Assembly (NCBI GenBank): GCA_030264375.1
Contig: JASCQW010000081.1
Span: forward strand, 66,027,400-66,091,399
Length of the DNA: 64,000 nucleotides
Direction of reading: 5' to 3'
From: Carcharhinus longimanus
Lineage: Eukaryota
The position numbers and the translations under genes are program-made. Shown here piece by piece: positions 1-12,572 of this stretch (the stretch's first letter is position 1; each line of letters opens with the position of its first letter). A model generated the notes under the pieces. The model was not told the DNA's origin, searched no databases, and saw only the letters and a list, made by a program, of their open reading frames with translations.

Positions 1-160
1 TTTTCCAACAATTGACAATGGTTTCATGGTCATCAGTAGATTCTTAATTCCAGATTTTTTTTATTGAATTCAAATTCCACCATGCCCGGGCCCCCAGAAT
101 ATTAGCTGAGTTTCTGGATTAATAGTCCAGCGATAATACCACTAGGCCATCACCTCCCCC
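1..160 (-). mobile_element. tRNA-derived SINE (family A), 5' part
   Basis: Reverse complement of the head of the copy at 45960-46315 (GGGGAGGTGATGGCCTAGTGGTATTATCGCTGGACTATTAATCCAGAAAC). Confidence 0.85.
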
Positions 161-759
161 TTGTCATCTTATATCATAGGATAGAATCATAGAGCACAGA
201 AAGAGGCCATTCATCCCATTGAACACATTCCAGCTCTTTGAGAAACTGTATCATTTAGTTTACGTTGCCGCTCCTCAAACAGCTCCACTCCCCCCTACTC
301 TTTTCCCATAGCCCAGTAAATAATTCCTCTTCAAATCATTATCCAATTCCTTTCGGAAGTTATTATTGAATGTGCTCCATAATCTTATTCAAGCAGTGTG
401 TTCCAGATTGGAACAACTGGAAGCGTGAAGAAACCATCCTGTTGTCCACTCTGATTCCATTCCAATTTTTGCCAATACTTTCCATTTATATATTTACATA
501 TTTAGTGCATATTTAATCATTTTTATCCAGATTTATAGAAGTTCTGCCCAGATTTTAAGAGGACCATAAATGTTTGGAAAACTGTATTTTAATGGGACAA
601 AGCCTCGCAAAGTTTGGAAAACCATTTTATTGAACAGACCCCTGGCCAAGACATTGCTAAGATACAAAAGACCGTTGATTTCAAACAAGCGTTGCTTTGT
701 GAGGCACCGGCGCTGGAATGTTGCCCCGCGAATCCCCACAGAGGGAAACTGAGCCGAGG

Positions 760-883
760 TTTCAGCCTTTCGAGACCTGAGCACAAAGTCCAGCTTGATA
801 TTCCGTTGCAGCATGAGAGGAATGCTGTGCTGTTAAAGGTGACATTAAACTGAGAGCCCGCCGGTTCCCTTAGATAGAATTAA
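760..883 (+). mobile_element. Deu-SINE (SacSINE1-like) 5' half, interrupted by Rex1
   Basis: Similar to the other copies (61085-61510 and the reverse of 41565-41960), and resumes at about 2162. Confidence 0.65.
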
Positions 884-2160
884 ATGGCACTGACATCCAT
901 CATTGTGAAGGGCTTCGAAAGGTTAACCATGGGACAAATCAATTCCAGCCTTCCAGCTTGCCTGGAATCACCTACTGCTGCAATAGGTCCACAGCAGGCC
1001 CTGCACTCAACCTTGGAACACCTAGATAACAAAGATACCTATGTCACATGTCTATTTATTGACCATAGCTCAGCATTCAACACCATTATTCTTACAAAAT
1101 GCATCTCCAAACTCTCTGATCTGGGACTTGGCTACTATTCCTGCGATTGGATTCTGAACTTCCTAACCCATAGACCACAATCAGTAAGGATAGGCAACAA
1201 CATCTCCTCCACAATCATCCTCAACACTGGTGCCCCACAGGGCTGTGTCCTCAGCTCCCTATTGTATTCCTGAAATACCTATGACTATGTGGCCAAATTG
1301 CCCTCCACCTCGATTTTCAAACTTGCCGATAATATCACTATAGTGGGTTGGATCTCAAACATTGATGAGATGGAGTACAGGAAGGAGATAGAGAATCTGG
1401 TGAACTGGTACGACGGCAATAATGTCTCCCACAATGTCAGTGAAACAAAGAAGATAGTCATCAACTTCAGAAAGTGCAGTGGAGGTTATGCCCCTGTCTA
1501 CGTCAATAGGGACGAAGTAGAAATGGTTGAGAGCTTCAAGTTCAGATCACCAGCAAACTGTCCTGATCGCCCCATGCCAACACTATAATTAAGAAAGCCC
1601 ACCAAAGCCTCTACTTTCTCAGAAGATTAAGGAAATTCAGCATGTCTGCTATGACTCTCACCAACTTTTACAGCTACACCATAGAAAGCATTCTTTCTGG
1701 TTGTATCACAGCTTAGTATGGCACTTACTATGCCCAAGACTGCAACGAACTACAAAAGGTCATGAACGCAGCCCAGTCCATCACTCAAATCAGCCTCCCA
1801 CCTATTAACACTGTCCATACTTCCTGCTGCCTCAGAAAAGCTGCCAGCATAATTAAGGACTCCACGCACCCCAGACATACCCTCTTCCACCTTCTTCCGT
1901 CAGGAAAACGATACAAAAGTCTGAGGTCACGTATCAACTGACTCAAGAACAGCTTCTTCCCTGCTGCTGTCAGAATTTAATTGGACCTAGTTTGCATTAA
2001 ACTGAACTTTCTCTACACCCTAGCTATGATTGTAACACTACATTCTGCACTCTTTCGTTTCCTTCTCTATGAGTAGTAAGCTTTGTCTGTATAGCACACA
2101 AGAAACACTACTTTTCACTGTACGCTAATAATGTGACAATAGTAAATTAAATCAAATCAG
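884..2160 (+). mobile_element. Rex1/Babar-type non-LTR retrotransposon, 5'-truncated, decayed RT plus 3' end
   Basis: ORFs 884-1273 and 1289-1588 carry ALTSIIVKGFERL, LFIDHSSAFNTI, LNTGAPQGCVLS and KLADN (degenerate FADD), typical of Rex1. It ends in a (TCAAA)n-like tail at about 2145-2160. Confidence 0.9.
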
Positions 2161-2161
2161 A

Positions 2162-2350
2162 TCTTTAGAAGAAGAGCAAAGGTACTTCTTCCCAGTGTCT
2201 TGGCCGATATTTATCCCTCAACAACATCAGTAAAGCTATTTGTGTGATTTTGATTTGTGCAAATTGGCTGCCACAATTCAGACAATACCACTGATAGCAT
2301 TTCAAAAACACGTCACTGGCAATAAAATGTTTTTGGGGGAGGCCTGAGGA
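2162..2350 (+). mobile_element. Deu-SINE 3' half
   Basis: GAAGAAGAGCA...TGGCCGATATTTATCCCTCAAC...GTGCAAATTGGCTGCC matches the other copies in the window. Confidence 0.75.
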
Positions 2351-2359
2351 GCCATATCA

Positions 2360-2715
2360 TTTTTTATTCATCCGTGAGACTTGGCCTTCACTGGCTGGCC
2401 AGAATTTATTGCCCATTCCTTGTTCCCCAAGGGCAGTTGAGAGTCAACCACATTGCAGTGGGTGTGGAGTCACATGTAGGCCAGACCAGGTAAGGATGGT
2501 AGATTTCCTTCTCTAAAGGACATTAGTGAACCAGATGGATTTTTTCACCAATTGGCAATGACTTCATCATTGGATTCTTAATTCCACATTTTTAAAAAAT
2601 TGAATTCAAATCCCACTATCTGCCATGGTGAGATTAGAACCCAAGCCTCCAAAGCATTAGCTGAGATTCCGGATTAATAGTCTGGCGATAGTACCATTAG
2701 GCCATCACTGCCCCT
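2360..2715 (-). mobile_element. tRNA-derived SINE (family A), full length
   Basis: Reverse complement of 45960-46315 along its whole length. Confidence 0.85.
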
Positions 2716-3924
2716 AAATTGCTAGTTATTTCCTTTATCATGGCTTTTAGTGACTATAATTCTTAACGAAATTGAAGTTCTTCTGCCAGATCTTAGTAAT
2801 CAGAAGGTTCCAATTGTGTTTTGAAAGTTTGAGTTTTGTGGTAATGTTCGCAAAGGACCGATCTTAATAAACGGTGCAATCAGAGATAACAAGGGGTAAG
2901 CTTATAGTGTAACAAAGTAAAGGCATCACTTTATATTGTGTTTCCCTCTGGAAATGTTTCCTGAAAAGTCAGTGAGCTCTCATTAAATCATTTTGTACCC
3001 AATGTAGGAAGTCTATGTTATTGTAAACAAACATTGTGACTTAGAGATGTTTCCACCTGTGAAGGAATCCTAAATTATCATCCATTAATATAAGACAGTC
3101 TTGAACCAATCCAAGAATGAATTCGGAAGAAGCTTCTTTATCTAGATTGCGGTTAGAATGTGGAACTGACAGCCTAAAAGATGCGGCAGATAACATAGAT
3201 ACACTGAAGAAGGAGAAAGATAAGTGCTTGAGGGGCAACGGAATGGAAGGATATACTGATAGAGTGATGAAGTAGAAGACGGGAATAGGGGAGGATAAGC
3301 GCAGGTATGGACCAGTTAGACTAAATGGCTGTGTTCTACATTCTAGGTACATACAGGAGACATTTGATTCAGGGACCAAAATGGGCACAGTATAAGAGCG
3401 CACCAGCAGCACCTAACCCACCATGGAAGTCCAAAGGCCCAAATTGTTCTCAGGTTCTCACCGGTGCTAATCCAATTTGCTGTTTCATTACATTGGAAAT
3501 CTGTCTGGTCTCTACATGGAGTAGGCCGGCCGAGGGTCAGTTATTGGAGGAATGCAATTTATGGTCAAGGGAAGGGCAGAAGTGGGTATCACTGAACCAA
3601 CACCAGGTCAGAAGAGTGCTAATTTTCCTTCTGGTCCCACAAAAGGCATTCAAATAAAAATACATTAACAGCCATCTGGGACATGGATCAGAGGGGTGTG
3701 GAAGGATATGGTCCAAGTGCAGGTCTGTGGGACTAGGCAAAAAATGGCTCAGCACAAACAAGAAGGGCCAAAAGGCCTATTTCTGAGCTGTAATTTTCTA
3801 TGGTTCTATTTTATATCAGTGGTTTCTTTAAGGTCATCTCAGTGCAAAGTTGACGTGACAGTTGCATATATTTTACATTCATTTTGATGACAATTTGTTG
3901 GAGTCATATCTGACGCAAAGGAGG

Positions 3925-4920
3925 ATGGTCGTGGTGGTTAGAGGTTAATCATCTCAGCTCCAGGACATCACTGATTTCTTCAGCGTAGTGGCCTAGGCTC
4001 AACCATTTTCAGTTGCTTCATCTATGACCTTCCTTCCATTATAAGTTCAGAAGTGAGGGTGTTTGCTGATGACTGCACAATGTTAGTACCATTCACAACT
4101 TCTCAGATGCTGAAGTGATTCATATCCAAATGCAACAAGACCTGGACAATATCTAGGCCTGGATTGCCAAGTGGCAAATAACATTCGCACCACACAAATG
4201 CCAGGCAGTGATCATCTCCAACAAGAGAGGATCTAATCATTGCCTCTTGACATTCAATGACATTGCCATCACTGAATTCCCCCACTATCAAGATCTTAGG
4301 GGTTTCCACTGACCAGAAACAGAACTGGACTAGGCATATAAATACTGTGGCTATCAGAGCAGGTGAAAGACTAAAAATCCTGCAGTGAGTAACTCACCTC
4401 CTGACTCCCCAAAGCCTGTCCACTATCTACAAGACACAAATCATACTCTCCACTCACCTGGCTGATTTCAACTCCAATAACACTCAAGAAGCCTGACACC
4501 ATCCAGGACAAAGCAGTCTCTGCTAGATTGCTACCCTTTCCACACACGTTCCATCCCTCTAACTGACGAACAGTGGCAGCCATGCCTACCATCTACAAGA
4601 TGCTCTGCAAGAACTCACCAAGATTCCTTAGGCAGGACCTTCCAAACCCACAAACCCACCTAGCAGGAGAAGAGCATCGGATAGCTGGGTAAACCACTAC
4701 CTGGATCTTTCCCTCCAAGTCCTGACTTGGAAATCTATTGCCATTCTTTCTCTGTCACTGGTCAAAAGCCTGGCATTCTCTCCTTAACAGCACTGTGGGT
4801 CTACCTACACCTAAGTGACCTCAATGGTTCAAGAAGCCAACTCACTACCACCTTCTCAAGGGCAACCAGGGATGAGCAATGCTGGCCTTGCCAGCGGCAT
4901 CCACATCCCATCAATTAATT
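3925..4920 (+). mobile_element. CR1/L2-group LINE (family B), 3' fragment with decayed RT
   Basis: Degenerate PQGSVLGPTIF, VFADDC and QQDLDNI..W..KWQITFAPHKCQ motifs. The 3' tail CCACCTTCTCAAGGGCAACCAGGGATGAGCAATGCTGGCC is shared with SINE family A. Confidence 0.85.
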
Positions 4921-5652
4921 TTAAAAATTCAAACTTGAGGGTTCTACAAGTGGTCTAAGTCATCTGTTTGCATATGTAAATAGTTACTAGCTGCTCATTT
5001 AAAGACCTTCCCAACAATATAAATCTGGTGGGCAAATGAGTAATAAATTCCCCACCAAATATTTTTCTGCCAGTCACTCATTTGGCAAGAATCGGGTGGT
5101 ACAGCTTTTGAAAATCACCACAAAATTTGCACTACTGTTGTTCTAAATTGCAGAAAAAAATCAGAAAATGGAATCCTAAGATTTATTATTTGATGGGAGG
5201 CAGGATATTGGAAAATAATATAACACTATGGGCAGAATTCTTTCATTATGAGATTGATGGGAGATTGCCACGCTATGTTTTTCATTAATTTCCTTTGCTC
5301 TCTATTTTATGATTTCCCAGGGCATAGTACTCACTTTGCCAATAGAGTGAGAGGCGGCTTTTTGATGGTCAATTGTCTGCATACACAATAGCAGTAGAGA
5401 CTATGTTAATAAAGTAATAGTCTCTTCTGAACTGAAAGTTCAAATCCCATCACAACTATTTGAATTCTTTAAATTCAGCTTTAAATATCTGGAAATAAAT
5501 ACTTGGTTAAAATTGTAAATTTTCTACTTGGGTCCTGTATAGCTACGTCTTAATTATTTCTATGGGAGTTTACAAAACGTAGGTGATTTCATTAAAAATT
5601 ACTCTAGTTTAAATATTTCCCCTGAGTCAAACATGTCTCTTCCTCAAGTTTT

Positions 5653-5955
5653 ATCATAGAATCCTACAGTACAGAAGGAAGCCATTTGGTCCATCAAATC
5701 TGCACCAACCACAATCCCAGCCAGGCCTTATCCCCATAACCCCATGTATTTACCCCAGCTAGCCCCCTGATACTAAGGGCAATTTAGTATGGCCAATCCA
5801 TCTAACCCACACATCTTTAAACTGTGGGAGGAAACCCACGCAGACACGGGGAAAATGTGCAAACTCCACACAGACTTGAAGCCAGGAATCTCCACACAGA
5901 CTCCAAACCGGGAATCAAACATCTGGCGCTAACCACTGTGCCATCATGCTGCCCC
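5653..5955 (-). mobile_element. HE1-like V-SINE
   Basis: Minus strand has a GGGGCAGCATGATGGCACAGTGGTTAGC head, a V-domain (GGAGTTTGCACATTTTCCCCGTGTCTGCGTGGGTTTCCTCC) and a CR1-type tail ending GATTCTATGAT. Confidence 0.88.
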
Positions 5956-7042
5956 TATCTTCAGATAGTGATGTTCTCTCTGAAGTCGTTTTCTAAGAAT
6001 GCATGTATGTAGATCATAGATGGCGTGGAGTAACTCAATGGTACTTTCATTCTCTCTCCGGACATTTTAATTTGCTATACAATATTTCCAATTTTCTTCA
6101 TCAAACCAGTTTGTAGGGTTGTGCATTTGGCAGAAGTTAGCAATACATGGAATGTATCCTGTGTTCTGCATAGGGCTTTTTCATTGCGAAAAATGTACTT
6201 CATCTAGTTATAGGCATATGGGATCATTTCATTGCCTTTTAGTGAGTGCATTCACATCTGGGATATTAAAAATCATTCATTTATAAGAGTGTTGATTACA
6301 AATTTTTATTGTTTTACTGTAAGCTTTAACAGGCACTTTTTACATTAATAATGTGGAATTCTGCAGATGGAGCATCCAAAAAGAAAAAAAATGTATTTAT
6401 TTTCCATTCAACGTCTAGCAGGATACAATGGAAATATTCTATTACATTAACTGCACTATGATGGCAAACAATTATTGCATTGAAAAGGTTATATTCGGAA
6501 TGATTTAGATATCTGCATCTTAATTTATTCATATGTCAGTCACATTAACATTTATATTCCCTGTCCTTTATGCCCCATGCATATTCTTCAATAATTAGTG
6601 TCCATCACTCATGGTCTTACTGCTGAAGGTTGCTAGTAATATTTGACACTAGCTGCTCATATGTATTTGTTTATTCTTTTGGTCACTCATAACCACAATG
6701 GATTGTTGCACCACCACCTTACGTTACACAGAGTTTGCAGCGCAAAACCATTCTCTCAACTTGTTTATTCCTCACAAGGGGGAGTTGGTTAGCTCAGTTG
6801 GTTGAATGGCTGGTTCATGATGCAGAGTGATGCCAACAGGGTACATTCTTGTATTGGCTGAGGTCATTTGTCCTTGTCTGTTAAACTTTCCCCCTCAAAG
6901 AGGAGAGCTGCCTGTGGACCACAGGGATTTTTCGCCTTTTTTTATGCATCAAATCAGTCTCCTCCTCATCTTCTCCCTCTAATATTATCAACATGTCCGT
7001 CTGCACATAGTGATCTATCCTCACCTTGAAGCTATCTATGCA

Positions 7043-7690
7043 GCAGGCGGTGAAAAAGGCAAATGATATCTTCACCTTCATGGCAACAGGATTCAAGTAT
7101 AGGAGCAGGGATGTCTTATAGAGGGCCTTGCTGAGACCACAACTGGTATATTGTGTGCAGTTTTGGTCTCCTTATCTGAGAAAGGATATTATTGCTATGG
7201 AGGCAGTTCAGTGAAGGTTTACCAGACTGATTTCTCGGATGGTGGGACTGATGTTTAAGGAGAGATTGAATCAGATAAGATTATATCCACTGGATTTAGA
7301 AGAATGAGGGGTAACTTCATACAGCCTAAAAAATTCTAGCAGGACTTGACAGGGTAGATGCAGGAAGGATGTTCCTGATGATAGGGGAATCTAGAACTGG
7401 GGGCGTCACAGTCTAAGGATATGGGGTAAACCATTTACTCCTGAGATGAGGAGAACCTTCTTCACCTGGTGAGTGGTCAGCCTGTGGAATTCTCTACCAC
7501 AGGAAGCATTTGAGGCCAAAACATTGTATGCTTTCAAAAAGGAGTTGGATATAACTCTTGGGGTTAAAGGGATCAAAGCATATGAGGGAAAGGTAGAACA
7601 GTTTAGATGATCGGCCATGTTTATAATGAATGGCAGAGCATGTTTCAAGGGCCAAATGGCCTACTCCTCCTATTTTCTGTGTTGCTGTGT
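7043..7690 (+). mobile_element. CR1 (HER1-like) LINE 3' fragment
   Basis: [19 protein letters not shown] motif at about 7130-7190 and tail GGGCCAAATGGCCTACTCCTCCTATTT. Confidence 0.88.
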
Positions 7691-8354
7691 GTGTTTCCAT
7701 TCACCTTAATCACTCCTTGTTACTTTCTCTTTTATTTGCTTTTTCACCTTCTGTTTTGGTTTAGATATTGCTGTTCATTTGAAGAATTGTTTTAAAAGTC
7801 ACAGTGAGATCCCAGAATTATAAATATAGATGGACAGGGGACGAGATGCACTCTGTCACCATTAAGTATTATCAAATCTGAGTGACAGGATAATACATAT
7901 CAGTGAGCAGGGATTTTAATTAAACATTCAGAGGAGAGCTGTATCGGTAACTAGTTTACACACAAATACAGTTCTGACCTCTCCGTGATTGAGGTCAAAA
8001 ATGTCCATTTAATACCAAATGTGATTGTCATTTCCAGGAAGTTTGCTTGTTGCATGGAAATACCTATAAGATCCAACTCCAAAATCGATTGTGTCAGGAA
8101 TACCAGCACTGATCAGCTAAGTGAAGGAGCATTGGTTGAACAGAACTTTCGTTTGTTCCTTGATCAGGGGATAGAAATTGTCAATTTTCACCAAGCTTGT
8201 GTGGGTTTCTGATTTGATTTCAGGCTTCCAATTTTCGCATTGGTGGGTGCGATTTGCGTCTGCCAATTGTTGACAACTGTAATTTAAGTTGTCACAGTCA
8301 TCTTTATGAAGATGGACAACATTTACACCTGTCCTAATCAAACACCCATCCTTC

Positions 8355-9048
8355 ATTCAGTACTGTGCTGAGAGAGTGCTACGCTGTCAAAAGTATCAGT
8401 TTTTGGATAAGATGCTAAACTAAGGCCTTCAGACCTCTTGAGTGGTTGCAAAAATCGCACAGCACAAGACTATGGAATAACAAAGGGAGTGTCCTAGACA
8501 ATATAAATCTCTGTAGCAGCAACACTACAACTGAATATCTGAACATTATCATACTGGTGTTTATGGGAGCTTGCTGTGTGCAAATTGGCTATAGTGTTTC
8601 ATAGAATCATAGAATCCCTACAGCCCAGAAAAGGCCATTTGGCCCATCAAGTCTGCATTGACTCTGACTTGGTATCTTACCCAGGCCCTCTCCCCTATAA
8701 CCCACACATTTATATGGCTAATCTCTCACATCTGGGATGATAAGGGGCAATTTATCCTGGCCAATCCATCTAACCTGCACATCTTTCGACAGTGGAAAGA
8801 AATTGGAGCACCCGGAGGAAACCCTTGCAGACATGGGAAGAATGTGCAAACTCCACACAGACAGTGACCAAGGCTGGGATTGAACCCAAGTCCTGGAGCT
8901 GTGAGGCAGCAATGCAAACCACTGTGCCATCATGCCTCTCTACATTTCCTACTTTTTCCTACATTTCAACAGTGACTATACTGTTTAGTGCTTTGGAGCA
9001 TCCAGTAATTGTGAAATGCATTATATAAATGCAAGTTATTTCTTTCTT
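8355..9048 (+). mobile_element. Deu-SINE split by a minus-strand HE1 insertion
   Basis: Deu-SINE sequence runs to ...CAAATTGGCTATAGTGTTTC (8600) and resumes TTTCCTACATTTCAACAGTGACT...TATATAAATGCAAG (8940-9048). Confidence 0.75.
8600..8937 (-). mobile_element. HE1-like V-SINE, full length
   Basis: tRNA-like head (TGGCACAGTGG A box, GGTTCAATCC B box), V-domain and (ATTCTATG)n tail. Confidence 0.9.
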
Positions 9049-9624
9049 TGACTGTCAGTCGCAGCATCCTCAGAAGATAGCTGGTATCCTGTTGGGTCTA
9101 GCATTGTTCCTTCAAACAAAAACCTCTATATACAGCTACCAAAACATGCCAGAAAATATGTTTTTGGGAAGCAGCCATGAAATTAGTCAAACATAACGAA
9201 CAGACAAGCTTCACCTCCAGGGTATCAATGTTATTAAAGTGAGCATTACTTTGATCAGGAAAAATTACAGCATTGTATCGCTGCCTATGTCTCATGGAGA
9301 CCAATTTCTTCACCTGCCAGTGTTGTTCCATTTGTCCTACATTACAACATTGGCAGTCCTTCACTGGCTGCGGGATGTCCTGAGTTAATGAAAGATACAA
9401 TCCTTATGTGCTGAGCATCTTGTACAATCTAAATTGATACTTCACCCAGGATAGTGGCTGACTGACAAGTGTCCGTACAAGTGTGTTCAGATGGAAATAA
9501 TTAAGTAGCCCATTGCTTTTAGGTCATTGTATCTTTGATACCCCTGGGGCCACCAAAGTCTGATGGCTTGCAGTTTGGCTGGTCCCATTGGGAATAAGTG
9601 ATGTATTGGCTAGAAATGTAAAAT

Positions 9625-9966
9625 CATTGTATCCCTCAAGTGCAGAAAGAGGCCCTTTGGCCTATCGAGTCTGCACTGACTTTCCAAAAGAGCATCCCGT
9701 CCAGGCCCTCCCCTCTGCCGTATCCCTGTAGTGCCGCTTATTTACCATGGATAATCCATCTAACCTACACATCTTGGGGCACTAAGGGGCAATTTAGCAT
9801 GGCCAATCCACCTAAGCTGCACAGCTTTAGACTGTGGGAGGAAACCGGAGCACCTGAAGGAAACCCATGCAGATATGGGGAGAATGTGCAAACTCCACAC
9901 AATCACCCAAGGCCAAAATTGAACCGGATACCTGGCATTGTGAGGCAGCAGTGCTAACCACCGTGA
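9625..9966 (-). mobile_element. HE1-like V-SINE
   Basis: Colinear with 8600-8937. Confidence 0.88.
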
Positions 9967-11339
9967 AATAAGGTGGACCTTTCCTTCTGGATTCCATTTT
10001 CCCACGGGTACATATAAACTGAGGATGTAGGTTGGAATGTTGGCAGAGAAACACATTTCTTCAAACAGAACTTAGCCTCAGCGCTTTGTAAGTTCTCTCA
10101 GTGAAGTTCAAGGGTGAGCTCTTGCTGCTATTCATCATTAAGCCATTAATGCTGCTATTCATCATTAAGTTATTAGATGTTGGCGAACTTTAGAGATTTC
10201 CACCCTGGCAATCCTCCTGATCCAGAAAATGTCTTTACCATCTGTTCCCGCGACCAGTAGGTAAGTGAGACTGTGTTTGGTCTTTTCACCAGCCTTCGCC
10301 AGCTATTCCACATATGGGCTGAAGCAAGCTCTTGCAAATCTAAAGAAGGGAATCTTGCTTTGTGGCATCACCAGGATTTAAAATCTCCAGCAAATTATTC
10401 AGAAAAGGATTAGAACACTTGTCAGATTTTGGGATTTTCTGGTCTTGAGGCAAGTGAGGCCGAAAAATCCCACTCAAGGTCCATGGACCTTTGCATGGTC
10501 CTGTCCTGCCCACTACGAGTCCCGTGGCAGGCGGGATGGGAAACTGCCAATTGTGGACAGTAGTTTGTTCAGTGCTTCAACTGTGAAAGGCACAGATCTA
10601 CTTATTCAGAAGACGTGCCAGGCACTAACAGTATGATTCTTGCACTTTACCCAATTTCAGCTGCTGGAGGAGGTGTTGGAAACAGATTCTATAACAATGT
10701 TTTTTGTCCTTTGTTCTTTGATTCTGTCCAACTTTTACCTATTGTGTTCCACTCAAACCAATGCTACAACAACCATTTGCGTATCACTTCTTAGCTACCA
10801 TAATAGCTGGAAAATGCATTTGATGTGGACTGTACAAACCCTCCACTGTGACTAGAAGGACCCTGTCAGAACACATCCTGCATTTAATCACTCTTGGCCT
10901 GGATTCAGGTGGCCTTATGATTGCACCCAGGCGTGTACCATGTCAGGCTTGTCCAGAATTGCCACGTCTTGCACCAGACAACTAGTGCCATGACACTCCG
11001 CCCTACAGGAGATCCATGTCTCCATGGTGGAACACACTTTCATCCCCGCAACATATGGGAGAAACATCTGTGCAACAAAATCAGTCTGCAGAGAATTGAT
11101 AGTAAAGGAACTCTGCCTGCAACTTGGAGAGCAGAGATCTCTTCAACAACGCATATGATGTAGATGCCCTTTGTGCATACACACATGCACGCAAGCACAC
11201 ACATGTGCAGACACACACGCACACACACTCTCTCGCAGTTGGTCAGAAAGGAACAATCAACAAAAGCCCCCATACATATTAAGTTATCCTGAATGTCAGC
11301 AAAATGTAACTTCAAGTGTGTGTACAAACAACCAGAACT

Positions 11340-11640
11340 TTTTCTTTATTCACCCATTGAAGATTTGGATGTCGGCATTGTTGATTAGGCCAGCATTAAT
11401 TGCCCATCCCTGATTGCCCAAGAGAAGGTGGTGGTGAGCTGCCTTCTTGCATCACTGCAGTACATGTGATGTAGGTACACCCAAAGTGCTGTTGGGATGG
11501 AGTTCCAGGATTTTGGTCCAGCAACAGTGAAGGAACAGCGACATATTTCCAAGTCAGGATGGTGAGTGACTTGGAATGTGTTCCCATGTATCTGCTGTCT
11601 TTGTCCTTTTAGATGACAATAGTTGTGGGTTTGGACCACC
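11340..11640 (-). mobile_element. LINE family B 3' tail
   Basis: Reverse complement of about 4640-4920. Confidence 0.8.
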
Positions 11641-11724
11641 AGCCCCCACACGCTAGTAAGGAGGACTTAACACAGTTGACGGGACTGAATTTGCCATTAC
11701 ATTTTTTAAAAATTTGCTCAGGGT

Positions 11725-12048
11725 GTGTGGGCATCGCTGGCTGGACCAGCATTTATTGTCCATCCCTCGAACTGAGTGGCTTGCTGAACCATTTCAGAGG
11801 GGATTTGTATAAAAATGAATCACATTGCAATGGACCAGGAGCCATATGGTGGCCAGACCAGGCAGATTTCCTTCCCAAAAGGGCAGATGACTTTTTACAA
11901 CAATCAGCAATAGCCATCATTAGACTTTTTTTTAACTCCAGAAATTTCAACATCTACCATGGTGAGATTTGAACCCAGGTTCCCAGAGCATTAACCTAGA
12001 TTTCTGGAATATTTGTCCAGTGATAATACAGTACCCATTGTCTCCCCC
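11725..12048 (-). mobile_element. tRNA-derived SINE (family A variant)
   Basis: Colinear with 57360-57710 and 2360-2715. Confidence 0.75.
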
Positions 12049-12269
12049 TAAGTCAGTGCCATATGGTCCATTCAGTTTCATTTCTTGCCATGTCTTCCCC
12101 TGCACAGATTGTATACTGAATTCTCAAAACATGTGTATTCCCTTTAAGAATTAGAAATGAAATTCTAAACTTACCTCTTCCTTATAACCATTTTATTGTA
12201 ATTTGTACAAAATCCTTTAGGCAATAAAAAGCTTTGTAGATAGTGTACGTGGTGTGGCATGTTACGTTC

Positions 12270-12572
12270 CCCCATGGTAGCACAATGGTTAGCATTGTTG
12301 CCTCACAGGGTCAGGGATCTGGGTTCGATTCCTGGCTTGGGTCACTGTCTGTGTGGAATCTGTACTTTCTCCCTGTCTCTGCATGGGTTTCCTCCGGGTG
12401 CTCCGGTTTTCTCCCATAGTCTGAAAGATGTGCTGGTTAGGTGCATTGCATTAGTCATGCTAAATTCTCCCTCAGCATACCCAAACTGGCGCCAGAGTGT
12501 GGCAACTAGAGGATTTTCATAGTAATTTAATTGCAGTGTTAATGTAAGCCCACTTGTGAGACTAATAAGTAA
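12270..12572 (+). mobile_element. V-SINE with a non-CR1 tail (family C)
   Basis: HE1-like head and V-domain, followed by GGCAACTAGAGGATTTTCATAGTAATTTAATTGCAGTGTTAATGTAAGCCCACTTGTGAGACTAATAAG instead of the CR1 tail. Confidence 0.85.

Noticed and set aside
6881-7096. Acidic stretch LEGEDEEETDL resembling the VAMP4 acidic cluster
   Set aside because: It lies far downstream of the VAMP4 stop, lacks splice signals, and overlaps CR1 and SINE remnants.
8117-9400. Minus-strand ORFs 8117-8356 and 9098-9400 as exons of a second gene
   Set aside because: No recognisable homology, purine-rich acceptors, a weak donor (GAG|GTGAAG), and the starts overlap SINE fragments.
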